Assembly (NCBI GenBank): GCA_021647715.1
Contig: JAKIUE010000001.1
Coordinates: 11,285-75,284 of the forward strand
Source: Sulfurovum sp.
GTDB taxonomy: Bacteria; Campylobacterota; Campylobacteria; Campylobacterales; Sulfurovaceae
DNA: 64,000 nt
Reading direction: 5' to 3'
Of the stretch, positions 42,317 to 52,329 are shown in pieces. The notes beneath the pieces are model-generated. The model was not told the origin of the DNA and searched no databases. It saw nothing but the letters and a program-made list of their open reading frames with translations. The position numbers were made by a program, and so were the translations under genes. Positions within the stretch are counted from its first letter, which is position 1, and each line of letters starts with the position of its first letter.

Positions 42317-43267
42317 CTATTTACTTGTTCTTACACAACGCACATAATTTTCACTGGTTAAATAAAGACTAATTTGTATTCCAATATTAAATGAAACACA
42401 CCATGCATCTCCATTACTTTTTACTTTTTTAGTAGAAGTAAAATAATAATCACTAGAAAATGCCGTATTTTTAAAGATAGGATGGATGGATGGAGAGACC
42501 CCTGTATAGTAGGTCAAAGACATAAGCTCTTTTCTTGTAGGCAATCTCCAACCACCCCCATCAAGCTTCAATTTATAACAATAGGTTTGTGCACCTTCCC
42601 ATGTTCTTTTTGTATTTTTAGCTGCTGGATCATCTTGCCACTGAAGACCAGTAATATGATCACTCACCACATCGTTATCTCTCGAATAATCAGGAGTTAC
42701 CCCTTTTTTATAAAAACCATCATCAAAATCTTTATATATGGTACCTTGTCCTGTTTTCATAAGACGCAAGGCTTCTGCCGAAGCACTTTTAATGGTAACT
42801 GTAACATTTGTACTTGCAGTTTCATTATCAGTATCGGTAACAGTAAGTATGATATTATGTGTACCTACTGCAAGTGTAAGTGTCGTAAAAGAGGCTGCAC
42901 GAGAGAGTATCTTGTCACCCTCTTTCCACTGATACGAAGTAATTTCTCCATTAGAATCACTACTTTTAGTGCCATCAAAAGAGATGGCCTCACCTTGTGA
43001 CGCTGTTGTAGGTGTTACCTTGGCTACTGCTATTGGCATACCATTTTTAGCAGGTGTCGATGTATTAGAAGAGGTAGATGTAGTACTAGCATCTTCTTTC
43101 GTTGTAGCAGGAACACTCTCTGAAGAGCTACCAGTATTCTCTGTGGTCGTAAGGTTACTTTGTGAATCACTCGCTGGTTTTCCCTTAGCAGGTGCACTTC
43201 CACCACCACAAGCACTCAAAGCAAATAGTATCGTTACTATCCCTAAAATTTTATATATGAATTGCAT
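42317..43267 (-). CDS. Lipoprotein with PKD-like and DUF1566 domains
   Basis: Lipobox LSA-C, Ser/Thr linker, FDGTKSSDSNG.I.SYQW (PKD), then TGLQWQ...WRLPTRKEL...VRCVR. Confidence 0.85.
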   Translation of the reverse strand: MQFIYKILGIVTILFALSACGGGSAPAKGKPASDSQSNLTTTENTGSSSESVPATTKEDASTTSTSSNTSTPAKNGMPIAVAKVTPTTASQGEAISFDGTKSSDSNGEITSYQWKEGDKILSRAASFTTLTLAVGTHNIILTVTDTDNETASTNVTVTIKSASAEALRLMKTGQGTIYKDFDDGFYKKGVTPDYSRDNDVVSDHITGLQWQDDPAAKNTKRTWEGAQTYCYKLKLDGGGWRLPTRKELMSLTYYTGVSPSIHPIFKNTAFSSDYYFTSTKKVKSNGDAWCVSFNIGIQISLYLTSENYVRCVRTSK

Positions 43268-43443
43268 TATTTTCCTTTTATCATAAATTTTACACTATTA
43301 AGTTTATGCTCTTTAAAATTAAATTTTGCTGATAATGTAAAAAGAATATTTAAGAAGATAATATATTGAAAAATATAAAATAGATTAGTTACAGTCTAGT
43401 TATAGATACTAAACCGTCATATATGAATAAAACTATTTTTTGA

Positions 43444-44061
43444 TTAAAAGTGGTAACTAATACCTATGTTTATAGCATCAGATGAGACATCTACATTTTT
43501 GTTTACAAATGCTGTTGCAGATACATCACTCGCTACTTGTATATAATCAATGTAAAGAGAGATGTTTTCATATACTTGGTAGCTTACACCTAGTCCCCAC
43601 TGTAAAGATACATCATCTGCAGATATATTTTGTCCAAAATGATTTGTCCCAGAAGCATCAAAACCACCTATTCCAATCAATCCATAGATTTTAAAATCTT
43701 CTGTAATTGGATACTGTGGTTTGACATAAATACCCCAAGAACTTCTATCTACAATGTCTTCTTTGGCAATAGAAACCATATAACGCGCCTCTAGGCCAAT
43801 ATATTCATTCCAGTCATACCCTAGTGCTAATGAGATGTCACCTGTTCTATCCTGACCTTCGGTAATACTAAAAAAGTCTAAATCTTCTTCATGTGTACTT
43901 ACCGCACTCACACCTAATCCTAGGTAAAACCCACTTACAGATTCATCCACAATCAGAGGTATTTCTACAATGGGATCAACTGTTCTTGTAGTATTTGCAC
44001 CAGCAAAAACAATATTTCCACTTACTATCACCGATAACAAAGAGAGTCCTATATTTTTCAA
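43444..44061 (-). CDS. Outer-membrane beta-barrel (OmpA-TM/porin-like), paralog 1
   Basis: Signal peptide, GFYLGLG, WGIYVKPQY, QWGLG and terminal YHF. TTG start. Confidence 0.85.
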   Translation of the reverse strand: MKNIGLSLLSVIVSGNIVFAGANTTRTVDPIVEIPLIVDESVSGFYLGLGVSAVSTHEEDLDFFSITEGQDRTGDISLALGYDWNEYIGLEARYMVSIAKEDIVDRSSWGIYVKPQYPITEDFKIYGLIGIGGFDASGTNHFGQNISADDVSLQWGLGVSYQVYENISLYIDYIQVASDVSATAFVNKNVDVSSDAINIGISYHF

Positions 44062-44164
44062 AGTATAAGCCTTTTAAAAGTTTTTAGAATATTAACAATA
44101 AAAAGTGAGTGAAGTATTACTAAGAAAGAAAAGAGGAACTACAAATTACCTATGCTCCATGTTT

Positions 44165-44197
44165 AAATCATACCTTTCTTATATAAAGGTATGATTT
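44165..44197. terminator. Perfect 13 bp hairpin between the two beta-barrel genes
   Basis: AAATCATACCTTT-CTTATAT-AAAGGTATGATTT. Confidence 0.6.
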
Positions 44198-44217
44198 TTT
44201 AGAAATGTTTATTAAGA

Positions 44218-44859
44218 TTAAAAACGGTACGAAATACCTATTGTAATAGTATCTGAAGATACATCAACATTTTTATTTATAAATGTTGGCATACGAATAT
44301 CCCTAACAAGATTTAAATAATCAACATAAATAGAAATATTTTCATATACTTCATAACTCAGACCAAGTCCCCACTGAAGACCTGTAGATTCAAGATCTAC
44401 CACAGTAGATTTTCCACCTGTCTTGTTTGTGAGGGAAAGATTAAATCCACCATATCCTAATAAACCATACACTTTAAAATCAGATGTTACATAATATTGT
44501 GGTTTTACAAATATTCCCCAAGATTTTTTACTATTACTGTCTATAGTATCCTCTTCAGAAACAGACATTTGATAACGTCCTTCTATAGCCACATACTCAT
44601 TAATTTCGTATCCTGCAAGTACAGAAGCATCAAATGTTCTATCTTGACCAACTTCTTCGTCAAAAAAAGTCACATCTCCCTCACGTGTACTTGATACACT
44701 TGCTCCAATACCTACATAAAAACCACTTACCGATGTATCTGTATCTGCAATTGCAGGTATAACTACCGCAGGTTCTATTGCTTTTTCTACGCCTCCACCT
44801 GCAAAACTTAGACTTGTTAATGCCATTGCTGTTAAAAGTGATAATTGTAATTTCTTCAT
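44218..44859 (-). CDS. Outer-membrane beta-barrel (OmpA-TM/porin-like), paralog 2
   Basis: Signal peptide, GFYVGIG, WGIFVKPQY and terminal YRF. Shares NKNVDVSSD with paralog 1. Confidence 0.87.
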   Translation of the reverse strand: MKKLQLSLLTAMALTSLSFAGGGVEKAIEPAVVIPAIADTDTSVSGFYVGIGASVSSTREGDVTFFDEEVGQDRTFDASVLAGYEINEYVAIEGRYQMSVSEEDTIDSNSKKSWGIFVKPQYYVTSDFKVYGLLGYGGFNLSLTNKTGGKSTVVDLESTGLQWGLGLSYEVYENISIYVDYLNLVRDIRMPTFINKNVDVSSDTITIGISYRF

Positions 44860-44932
44860 ATAATTTTCCTTAAAAATATTTAATAAAAAGATGATACTAT
44901 TTAATATCTTAAAGTATACTTACACTTATTTT

Positions 44933-45568
44933 TCACTTCGAAAAATGCTGGTAATCCTTATATGGGGTAAAATCCCCACCCCACTTCCATCCATATTTTT
45001 CAAAAATCTTTACTACTTTATCTTTTTTTAATAACAATGCTCTATCTTTAAAAGTACTATTTCTATGGATTCTCTTTTTATACTTATAAGATTCAACATG
45101 AGATATTCGTCCTACTTTTGAAACAAAAGGATTTTCTATAGGATTGATATCTATAGCTTTTCCATACGCATGTTTAGACCATTTCCCACTCTTAGTTGAT
45201 GTCTTTCTACAATTAAAAGCAGAAGTATTATCCGCTTCTATTGACCGCCAATCATTCCCCATAAAATCACTAATGAGTCTCATTTGACGTATGGGGTATC
45301 CTATCTCATACAATTCACGAAATATATTCACAACATCATCTGCCAAATCTTTATGTACGATGAGCTCTCCCATTTTCTCACCACGATAAAAGTTATGATG
45401 CTTCACCCGTATATATCGTAAATCTGAGATACTCACTGGACAACCTTTATGCCAAGACTTTCGTTCAACCATGCGTTGTTTTATATATTTGTTAATAGGC
45501 TTTATTTTTGCTTCAAAAGCACCAAATAACCACACGGAAACAAAACTAAAAAACAATAAAATCTTCAC
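44933..45568 (-). CDS. M15-family metallopeptidase (D-Ala-D-Ala carboxypeptidase-like)
   Basis: NTSAFNCR, SKHAYGKAIDINP, WGGD and DYQHF. Confidence 0.88.
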   Translation of the reverse strand: MKILLFFSFVSVWLFGAFEAKIKPINKYIKQRMVERKSWHKGCPVSISDLRYIRVKHHNFYRGEKMGELIVHKDLADDVVNIFRELYEIGYPIRQMRLISDFMGNDWRSIEADNTSAFNCRKTSTKSGKWSKHAYGKAIDINPIENPFVSKVGRISHVESYKYKKRIHRNSTFKDRALLLKKDKVVKIFEKYGWKWGGDFTPYKDYQHFSK

Positions 45569-45621
45569 TTGTAAATCCTCAATTTTATAATGACAGTTGC
45601 AATAATAACATATATTGTTCT

Positions 45622-46953
45622 TTACTCTTGTCGTGTCTCAATCTCTACATGATATTTTTCTTCATCAAATGCAACTCCCAGATATTTACAAATGGTATGT
45701 GCATCCTTTAAGGCAATAGCTAAAGAGGTTGTTGCACCAGGGCTTGGCGTCATGTTAAAAATAATACCACTTTCTTCTATCTTGGCTTCACCCATTAACA
45801 ACTCTTTATTGACTCTATCAATAATTTGTGGTCGCATACCTCCATATCCTTCTGCAAATTTAATATCTTTTACATGAAGTGAAGGGATGATTTTTCTTGC
45901 ATCACGTATAAATATTTTTTTACCCATCACAGGTATCTCTTCCAAAAAATTCTTAAAAATATAACGTCTTATCGTTTTATCTTTAAAAAGATTCATATAA
46001 ACTTTTGTTACAGCTTTTCCTAAATGTAAGGCACGTAACAAGTCTTTTAAGTGTAAGCGATGATAACGTTCTAGCTTTGGTAATGCAAAAGCAGTAGGCC
46101 CAAAACGTGTATTCCATGATTGTGTACAGTCAGGGTCTGCATGTATAGCTGCAAAAGGAAGTTTTGGGTTTTGCATCGTGTACACCTTAGTATTTAAAAG
46201 TTTTTCTTTTGTAAAAAAGAAAGATCCCCCTATCGGTAATATAGCATACGCTTCACCATATCCCATGGATTGCGCAAAAAGTAAAGAGTATGCACCAGCA
46301 TTAACCACAACTGTTTTTGCATTAAAATTACTATTATTAGTGTGTAGAGTAAAAGTGCCATCATTATTTTCTACAATCATCGTGACCTCTTCATTGTAAT
46401 GAAGTTGTATGTTTTTATCTGTATCTAATGCCTGTTGAGCAAAACTTTCACTTAATTTTTTATAATCAACAGTCGTTATCTGACCTCTCACACCAATTGC
46501 CATAATCGGTTCTTTTCTTTCTTCCATTAATTTAGGTTCATATTCAGATAAGAAATCTTCATCCCATAGTTCCAAGTAAGGATAAAGAGGTAAAAACTCT
46601 TCATAACGTTCTTTGAGTTGCTTAATCTCTTTTTCACCCACAGCAAGAATCATCTTATCTCGTATAAATCCAAAATCATCAATTCCATTAAAATTATAAA
46701 TATAATTAGCTACCAATGAAGAGTCTTTTTTCACCTTAATTGATTTATCAAACGTATAGTTTGTCTCTATATCTCCCACATGTAAGGTTTGTGAATTGGC
46801 TTTAGGGTTTGAATTAAGTTGGGCAAGCTCATCATACTTTTCAAATAATATAATATTTTTCATGTCTGTATATCGAGAAAGTGTGAACAGAAGAGATGCA
46901 CCCGCCACACCTCCACCAATAATCGCTGTATCAAAAAGTTTGTTTATATTCAT
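45622..46953 (-). CDS. mqo: Malate:quinone oxidoreductase, Campylobacterota type
   Basis: IIGGGVAG FAD motif, NSQTLHVGDIETNY, PFAAIHADP, RFGPTA and TPSPGAT. Start set at ATG 46953. Confidence 0.8.
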   Translation of the reverse strand: MNINKLFDTAIIGGGVAGASLLFTLSRYTDMKNIILFEKYDELAQLNSNPKANSQTLHVGDIETNYTFDKSIKVKKDSSLVANYIYNFNGIDDFGFIRDKMILAVGEKEIKQLKERYEEFLPLYPYLELWDEDFLSEYEPKLMEERKEPIMAIGVRGQITTVDYKKLSESFAQQALDTDKNIQLHYNEEVTMIVENNDGTFTLHTNNSNFNAKTVVVNAGAYSLLFAQSMGYGEAYAILPIGGSFFFTKEKLLNTKVYTMQNPKLPFAAIHADPDCTQSWNTRFGPTAFALPKLERYHRLHLKDLLRALHLGKAVTKVYMNLFKDKTIRRYIFKNFLEEIPVMGKKIFIRDARKIIPSLHVKDIKFAEGYGGMRPQIIDRVNKELLMGEAKIEESGIIFNMTPSPGATTSLAIALKDAHTICKYLGVAFDEEKYHVEIETRQE

Positions 46954-47196
46954 GTGTAATTTCCGTTTCAATAAAAAGATTGCGAATTTTACTATATTAT
47001 TCATTATAAATAATACTTATTTAAGAATTTAATTAAATTGATGTATATTTATAATCTTAATGAAACATGTTTGTAACAAATAAATTTAAAATTACAAAAT
47101 CTTACATGGAACAATTAGAAACTTTAAAACATCTATAAGCTATAATCTTTCTATGAATTACACAACACTCTTATACTTTTTAAAAGGCACCAAAAT

Positions 47197-49164
47197 ATGA
47201 ATGCCTTCGCCATACAACTTACAAACGGATGTCTAACGTCTGACATAGAACAAGAGGATAAAAATACCTTTCAAGCATTACAAAAAATGGGTGCTATAGA
47301 AGAGGTAAATGGTCTATGGAAACTGCACTCCCTTTACCGTGCAGGACGTCTTTACATTGGACAACAAGGCAAGGGCTATGTAGAAGCAGAGTTCAAAGAG
47401 CAAAAAGACCTACTCGTAGAGCCAGACCATCTAGGTGATGCCAAACATAGCGACGAAGTAGTGGTCAAACGTATCATAGCACGTCGTGGACGAGCCAGTG
47501 GTAAAGTCGTGGCCGTTATAGACAAAGCCCATCTCTTTACCATAGCTTACACCCACCGTGATGAACAAGGCAATTTTAGCATCCTGAACATTCGTACGGG
47601 TGAGCCCACACATGCAGTCATGGAAGGCATGGACTTAAAAGCGTTTAAGCTAGGCACCGTACTGAAAATTGATATCGATGATGACAAAGTTTTAGAAGTT
47701 TTTGGACACTTAGGTGATGCCAGAGTGGATGAGAAAATCTCTCTAGCACTCTACAATAGAGAAGATGCCTTTCCTCCTGAGTGTGTGACGGAAGCCCTAG
47801 AGGTAGAGAGTGAAGTAGATAAAAGTGAGTATCCTGAGCGTGTAGACCTCACACATCTTGACTTTTGTACTATTGACCCAGTCACTGCCAAAGATTTCGA
47901 TGATGCTATCTATTTTGACATGGAAGCCCATACACTCTACGTCGCCATAGCCGATGTGAGTCACTATGTACCCTACTTTACACCCATAGACAAAGAAGCG
48001 AAAAAACGAGGATTTACCACCTACCTACCACATAAGTCCTTTCCTATGCTCCCACGAGAGCTCAGTGAAAATATCTGTTCACTTAAACCTCGTGTGGATA
48101 GACTGGCATTTGTAGCCAAGATAGAGCTAGATAGAAAGACGCTAAAGCCCATAAAAGAAGAGTTTTTTGAAGCTATCATACACTCTAAACATCGTTTTAA
48201 CTATGATGATATAGACAAAATTATAGACAACAATGGTAGTGAAGCCATAGGTAAAGTGGCAGAAATACTCACCTACTTGATGCCGCTGTATGACATCACC
48301 AAAAGACTAAGAAAAGAACGGCTCAAAGATGGATTTGACTTTAGGAGTGAAGAGACCAAAATCGCTTTAGATGAAAACCATCTTCTCAAAAGCACAGAGA
48401 TAGAGACAGGTACACCCTCTCACTCACTCATAGAAGAGTGTATGCTTCTAGCCAACCAAGCAAGTGCCAAACGCTTCGAGGGGGATGGAGATAGTATTTT
48501 CCGTATCCATGAGCCACCACAGCTGAGTCGCATAGAGCAACTACTCACAGAACTAGCTGCCATCGGGCTGTATGTAGAAGAGTACGAAGATAGCCCTTCA
48601 CTTATACGTGCCATCCAAAAAGAGGCAGACAAAATGGGTCTAGCCTCAGAAGTAGATGCAATGGTCATAAAGTCTTTACGCCAAGCACAATACGCTGCAC
48701 ACAATGTAGGACACTTTGGACTAGGGTTTAGCCACTACTCCCACTTTACCTCACCTATACGTAGATACGCTGACCTCATTTTACACAGGCTCATCAAAAC
48801 ACAACTACGCACCGATGAAGAGGAAGCAAGCTACCTGCTACGCAACATAGAACCCCTAGCTGCGAGAGTATCTGAGCTAGAACGCGAAGCCACCAAAGCA
48901 GAATGGGACTTCAGAGACCGTAAATTCGCACGCTGGGCAGAACAACATTTGGGTGAAATATTCGAAGCAGAAGTCGTAGAAGCTGGCGAATCAGCCAAAG
49001 CCGTACTACTAGGTGACATCAAAGGTATCACTGTAAACCTACATGGCGATAACGTCATGCTATTTGATAAAATACGTGTAAAGATAAGTGAAGTAAACAT
49101 CGCTCAGGCTGTGATTATGACGGAGTTGGTTGAGAAATTGAGTAAAGAAGAGATGGAGTTGTAA
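47197..49164 (+). CDS. rnr: Ribonuclease R (RNB domain)
   Basis: TIDPVTAKDFDDA, VAIADVSHY, IEECMLLAN and HFTSPIRRYADL. Confidence 0.95.
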   Translation: MNAFAIQLTNGCLTSDIEQEDKNTFQALQKMGAIEEVNGLWKLHSLYRAGRLYIGQQGKGYVEAEFKEQKDLLVEPDHLGDAKHSDEVVVKRIIARRGRASGKVVAVIDKAHLFTIAYTHRDEQGNFSILNIRTGEPTHAVMEGMDLKAFKLGTVLKIDIDDDKVLEVFGHLGDARVDEKISLALYNREDAFPPECVTEALEVESEVDKSEYPERVDLTHLDFCTIDPVTAKDFDDAIYFDMEAHTLYVAIADVSHYVPYFTPIDKEAKKRGFTTYLPHKSFPMLPRELSENICSLKPRVDRLAFVAKIELDRKTLKPIKEEFFEAIIHSKHRFNYDDIDKIIDNNGSEAIGKVAEILTYLMPLYDITKRLRKERLKDGFDFRSEETKIALDENHLLKSTEIETGTPSHSLIEECMLLANQASAKRFEGDGDSIFRIHEPPQLSRIEQLLTELAAIGLYVEEYEDSPSLIRAIQKEADKMGLASEVDAMVIKSLRQAQYAAHNVGHFGLGFSHYSHFTSPIRRYADLILHRLIKTQLRTDEEEASYLLRNIEPLAARVSELEREATKAEWDFRDRKFARWAEQHLGEIFEAEVVEAGESAKAVLLGDIKGITVNLHGDNVMLFDKIRVKISEVNIAQAVIMTELVEKLSKEEMEL

Positions 49165-49243
49165 AAATATGGCAATTTGAAAGATTTTTTCTTCTTTCAC
49201 TTTTTTTCAGATAAACTTACATCATCAAATAAATAGAGGTACT

Positions 49244-50089
49244 ATGTCCAATATATTAAAAGCATTTATAAACGTTGTCAATAATTATCAACAAGATATT
49301 TCTAGTATAACTAGTGGTAACAATAGAGCTAATAATATGGGTGAAGGACTAGAACACTATATTCAAGATATATTTGCCTCTACACACAATATTACCAATG
49401 AGACACTTCGATTAGAAAAACTCTCTGAAATATACTCATACCAAGGCAACAAAAATAATCCACCTGATTTAATGCTCAAAAATTCTGATGCTATTGAAAT
49501 TAAGAAACTTGAATCTAAAAATTCTGCTATAGCCCTTAACAGTTCATATCCAAAAGCTAAACTCTATGCTGATAGTCCTATGATTACCAAGGCTTGTAAA
49601 GCTTGTGAAGAATGGACTACTAAGGATATGATTTATGCTATTGGATATACAAATCAATCTTTACTAAAATCACTGTGGCTTGTCCATGGTGATTGTTTTT
49701 GTGCAGATAAAGAGACTTATGAACGTATCAAAGATACTATCTCTTCAGGTATCACCAGTATAGAAGATGTAGAGTTTACACAAACTAAAGAACTAGGTAA
49801 AGTAAAAAAGGTAGACCCATTAGGGATTACTGATTTACGTATACGTGGTATGTGGCATATTGACAATCCTAACAAAACATTTTCATATCTTTATGAGTAT
49901 GATGAAAGTGCAACATTTCAACTTATAACCCTTCTACTAAATGACAAATATAACTCTTTGCCTGAAATAGATAGAGAGCATATAGAAACTTTGAATAATG
50001 ATAATTTTGTCATAAAAGATGTTAAAATAAAAAATCCAAATAATCCTATTGAACTCATAGATGCAAAACTTTTGATATTTAAGGTCTAA
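49244..50089 (+). CDS. Type II restriction endonuclease, NgoPII family (likely GGCC)
   Basis: NNRANNMGEGLE, NNPPDLML..DAIEIKK, LNSSYPK and DPLGITDLRIRGMW.I.NP. Confidence 0.85.
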   Translation: MSNILKAFINVVNNYQQDISSITSGNNRANNMGEGLEHYIQDIFASTHNITNETLRLEKLSEIYSYQGNKNNPPDLMLKNSDAIEIKKLESKNSAIALNSSYPKAKLYADSPMITKACKACEEWTTKDMIYAIGYTNQSLLKSLWLVHGDCFCADKETYERIKDTISSGITSIEDVEFTQTKELGKVKKVDPLGITDLRIRGMWHIDNPNKTFSYLYEYDESATFQLITLLLNDKYNSLPEIDREHIETLNNDNFVIKDVKIKNPNNPIELIDAKLLIFKV

Positions 50090-50092
50090 ATA

Positions 50093-51121
50093 ATGAATAT
50101 AATTTCTCTCTTCTCAGGTGCGGGTGGTCTTGACTTAGGTTTTGAAAAAGCTGGGTTCAACACTATATGGGCAAATGAATATGATAAAGACATATGGGAA
50201 ACCTATGAAAAAAACTTTCCTCATACTAAACTTGATAGACGTAGTATTACCAAAATACCATCTAGTGAAGTGCCTGAAACACTAGGTATCATCGGTGGTC
50301 CACCATGTCAAAGCTGGAGTGAAGCAGGTAGTTTACGTGGAATTGATGACCATAGAGGACAACTCTTTTTTGACTTTATCAGACTTTTAAAAGACAAGAA
50401 GCCTTTATTTTTCTTAGCTGAAAATGTATCTGGAATGCTTGCATCTCGACATAGTGCTGCATTAGAGAACATCAAAACCCTTTTTAAAGAAGCAGGATAT
50501 ACACTATCATTTAAAATGCTCAATGCCCATGATTTCAAAGTACCCCAAGATAGAAAACGAATATTTTTTATAGGCTATAGAGAAGACTTAAATATGAAAT
50601 TTGAATTCCCAACTGGTTTTGATAAAAAACGTTATTTAAAAGATGTCATTTGGGACATTAAAGATACTGCTCTACCTGCAAAAGAAAAGAACTATACCAA
50701 CGGTGACCTTTGCAAATTAGCCAATCATGAATATGCCATAGGTACATTTTCTAGTATGTATATGTCACGTAACCGTGTACGTGCATGGGATGAACCCTCA
50801 TTTACCATACAAGCAGGAGGAAGACATGCACCTATCCATCCACAAGCACCTAAAATGGAATTTGTAGAACAAAATAAACGTATTTTTGTCACTGAAAAAA
50901 AATATCTCTATCGACGACTCTCTGTACGTGAATGTGCTAGAATACAAACATTTCCTGATACGCACAAATTCTATTACAAAAATGTAATGGCAGGATACAA
51001 AATGGTAGGAAATGCCGTCCCTTCTTATTTAGGATATTATCTTGCTCAAAAAATCATGGAAGACATGAAAAGTCTAGGCTTAGCCGATGAAAATAATAAA
51101 ATGATTAAAGCAGCCTCCTAA
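50093..51121 (+). CDS. C5 DNA cytosine methyltransferase, M.HaeIII/M.NgoPII-like
   Basis: LFSGAGGLDLGF, catalytic GGPPCQSWS, ENV, QDRKR, RRLSVRECARIQ and GNAV. Confidence 0.93.
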   Translation: MNIISLFSGAGGLDLGFEKAGFNTIWANEYDKDIWETYEKNFPHTKLDRRSITKIPSSEVPETLGIIGGPPCQSWSEAGSLRGIDDHRGQLFFDFIRLLKDKKPLFFLAENVSGMLASRHSAALENIKTLFKEAGYTLSFKMLNAHDFKVPQDRKRIFFIGYREDLNMKFEFPTGFDKKRYLKDVIWDIKDTALPAKEKNYTNGDLCKLANHEYAIGTFSSMYMSRNRVRAWDEPSFTIQAGGRHAPIHPQAPKMEFVEQNKRIFVTEKKYLYRRLSVRECARIQTFPDTHKFYYKNVMAGYKMVGNAVPSYLGYYLAQKIMEDMKSLGLADENNKMIKAAS

Positions 51122-52098
51122 TGTACCAAAGAGAATTTGACCAACGTATCAAACAAGGCCTACCTAAAGCTGTACTACTCTATGGTGAAAATGACTATCT
51201 TATAGACCACTATATAGCGCTGTATGTAGGGAAGCTTGATGCCAAAGAGTCTATGCTCTCCCTCTACCATGATGAGTGGAATTTTGAACAAGCGAAGAAC
51301 TTTTTATCTCAGACTTCACTCTTTGGGGGGACGAACCTTGTCGTGGTAAAACATGAGAAGAAAATACCTAAAAAAGAGCTAGATGTACTTGTGGCACTAG
51401 CCAATAAAAATAGTGATAACTACTTCATCTATGCCTATGCAGGCGCAGCGAAAGATGCGAAGAGTATGCAAGCTGCCTTTACAGACAAAAAAGGTGGGGT
51501 GTGGGTACGATTTTTTGAGCCTAATATCCGTGATGGTATCGCTGTGCTTCAACAAAAATCCCTAAAAATAAATCTAGACATAGACCACTATGCCCTACAA
51601 CACCTGATGCTTGTACTCAACAACAATCTAGCACTCTGTGCCAATGAGCTAGATAAGCTGGCTATCTTGGGTACTAAAATCACAGGTAAAGACATAGATA
51701 GACTTGTCTACTCTACAGCACCTTTGGCTACAGAGCAACTGCTCATTAATTTGTTTAACAAAAAGCCTATCACCGATACCATTACCAAACTACTAGAAAT
51801 CGGTGAAGATGAAGCATCTCTGCTACGTTCCACACAGTACTTTGTGAACCAAATATTTTTGTTTCATGCCTACATCAAACTCAATGGACATGTAGACTCA
51901 GCTGCTATTCTAGGCTACAAACTACCCAAACAGATAGAAGAGCAAAAAGCACAACTTGCCCTGAAAGTGAAATCAGCCTCATTACTCAAAATTTATGAAC
52001 ATCTACTACAGAGTGAACTTGCTATAAAAAAAGCACCTAATACGCAAAAAGAAGTGTTGATTTATAGTATGTTGATAAAGTTGCAGGGATATCTATAG
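51121..52098 (+). CDS. holA: DNA polymerase III subunit delta
   Basis: LLYGEN, SLFGG and NELDKL. ATG overlaps the MTase stop. Normally adjacent to rnr in this phylum. Confidence 0.9.
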   Translation: MYQREFDQRIKQGLPKAVLLYGENDYLIDHYIALYVGKLDAKESMLSLYHDEWNFEQAKNFLSQTSLFGGTNLVVVKHEKKIPKKELDVLVALANKNSDNYFIYAYAGAAKDAKSMQAAFTDKKGGVWVRFFEPNIRDGIAVLQQKSLKINLDIDHYALQHLMLVLNNNLALCANELDKLAILGTKITGKDIDRLVYSTAPLATEQLLINLFNKKPITDTITKLLEIGEDEASLLRSTQYFVNQIFLFHAYIKLNGHVDSAAILGYKLPKQIEEQKAQLALKVKSASLLKIYEHLLQSELAIKKAPNTQKEVLIYSMLIKLQGYL

Positions 52099-52131
52099 GA
52101 ATTAGGAATTAGGAATTAGGAATTAGGAATT
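52097..52131 (+). repeat. Heptamer tandem repeat (AGGAATT)x5
   Basis: Five perfect copies beginning within the holA TAG stop codon. Confidence 0.95.
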
Positions 52132-52281
52132 TTTTCAGAAAAAACTTAAAATAGATAAAGATTTCTGATTAGTTATACTTAGATCTTGAAGTTTGAGTAG
52201 GTGAGTTAATAGTAAAATATTTTTTATGAGTTGTGCTTAGATTTTTTGGTTTGAGTAAAGGAGCTTACGTTGGTAAGTGAC

Positions 52282-52308
52282 TGCACTCATCCAAAAAAGA
52301 TGAGTGCA
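52282..52308. terminator. Intrinsic terminator hairpin downstream of the SoxF/FccB gene
   Basis: TGCACTCATC-CAAAAAA-GATGAGTGCA, a perfect 10 bp stem between convergent genes. Confidence 0.75.
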
Positions 52309-52329
52309 AATCATGAAAAAGATGAACTA

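Noticed and set aside
41811-43267. Complete diversity-generating retroelement
   Set aside because: No reverse transcriptase, Avd or template repeat is present in the window.
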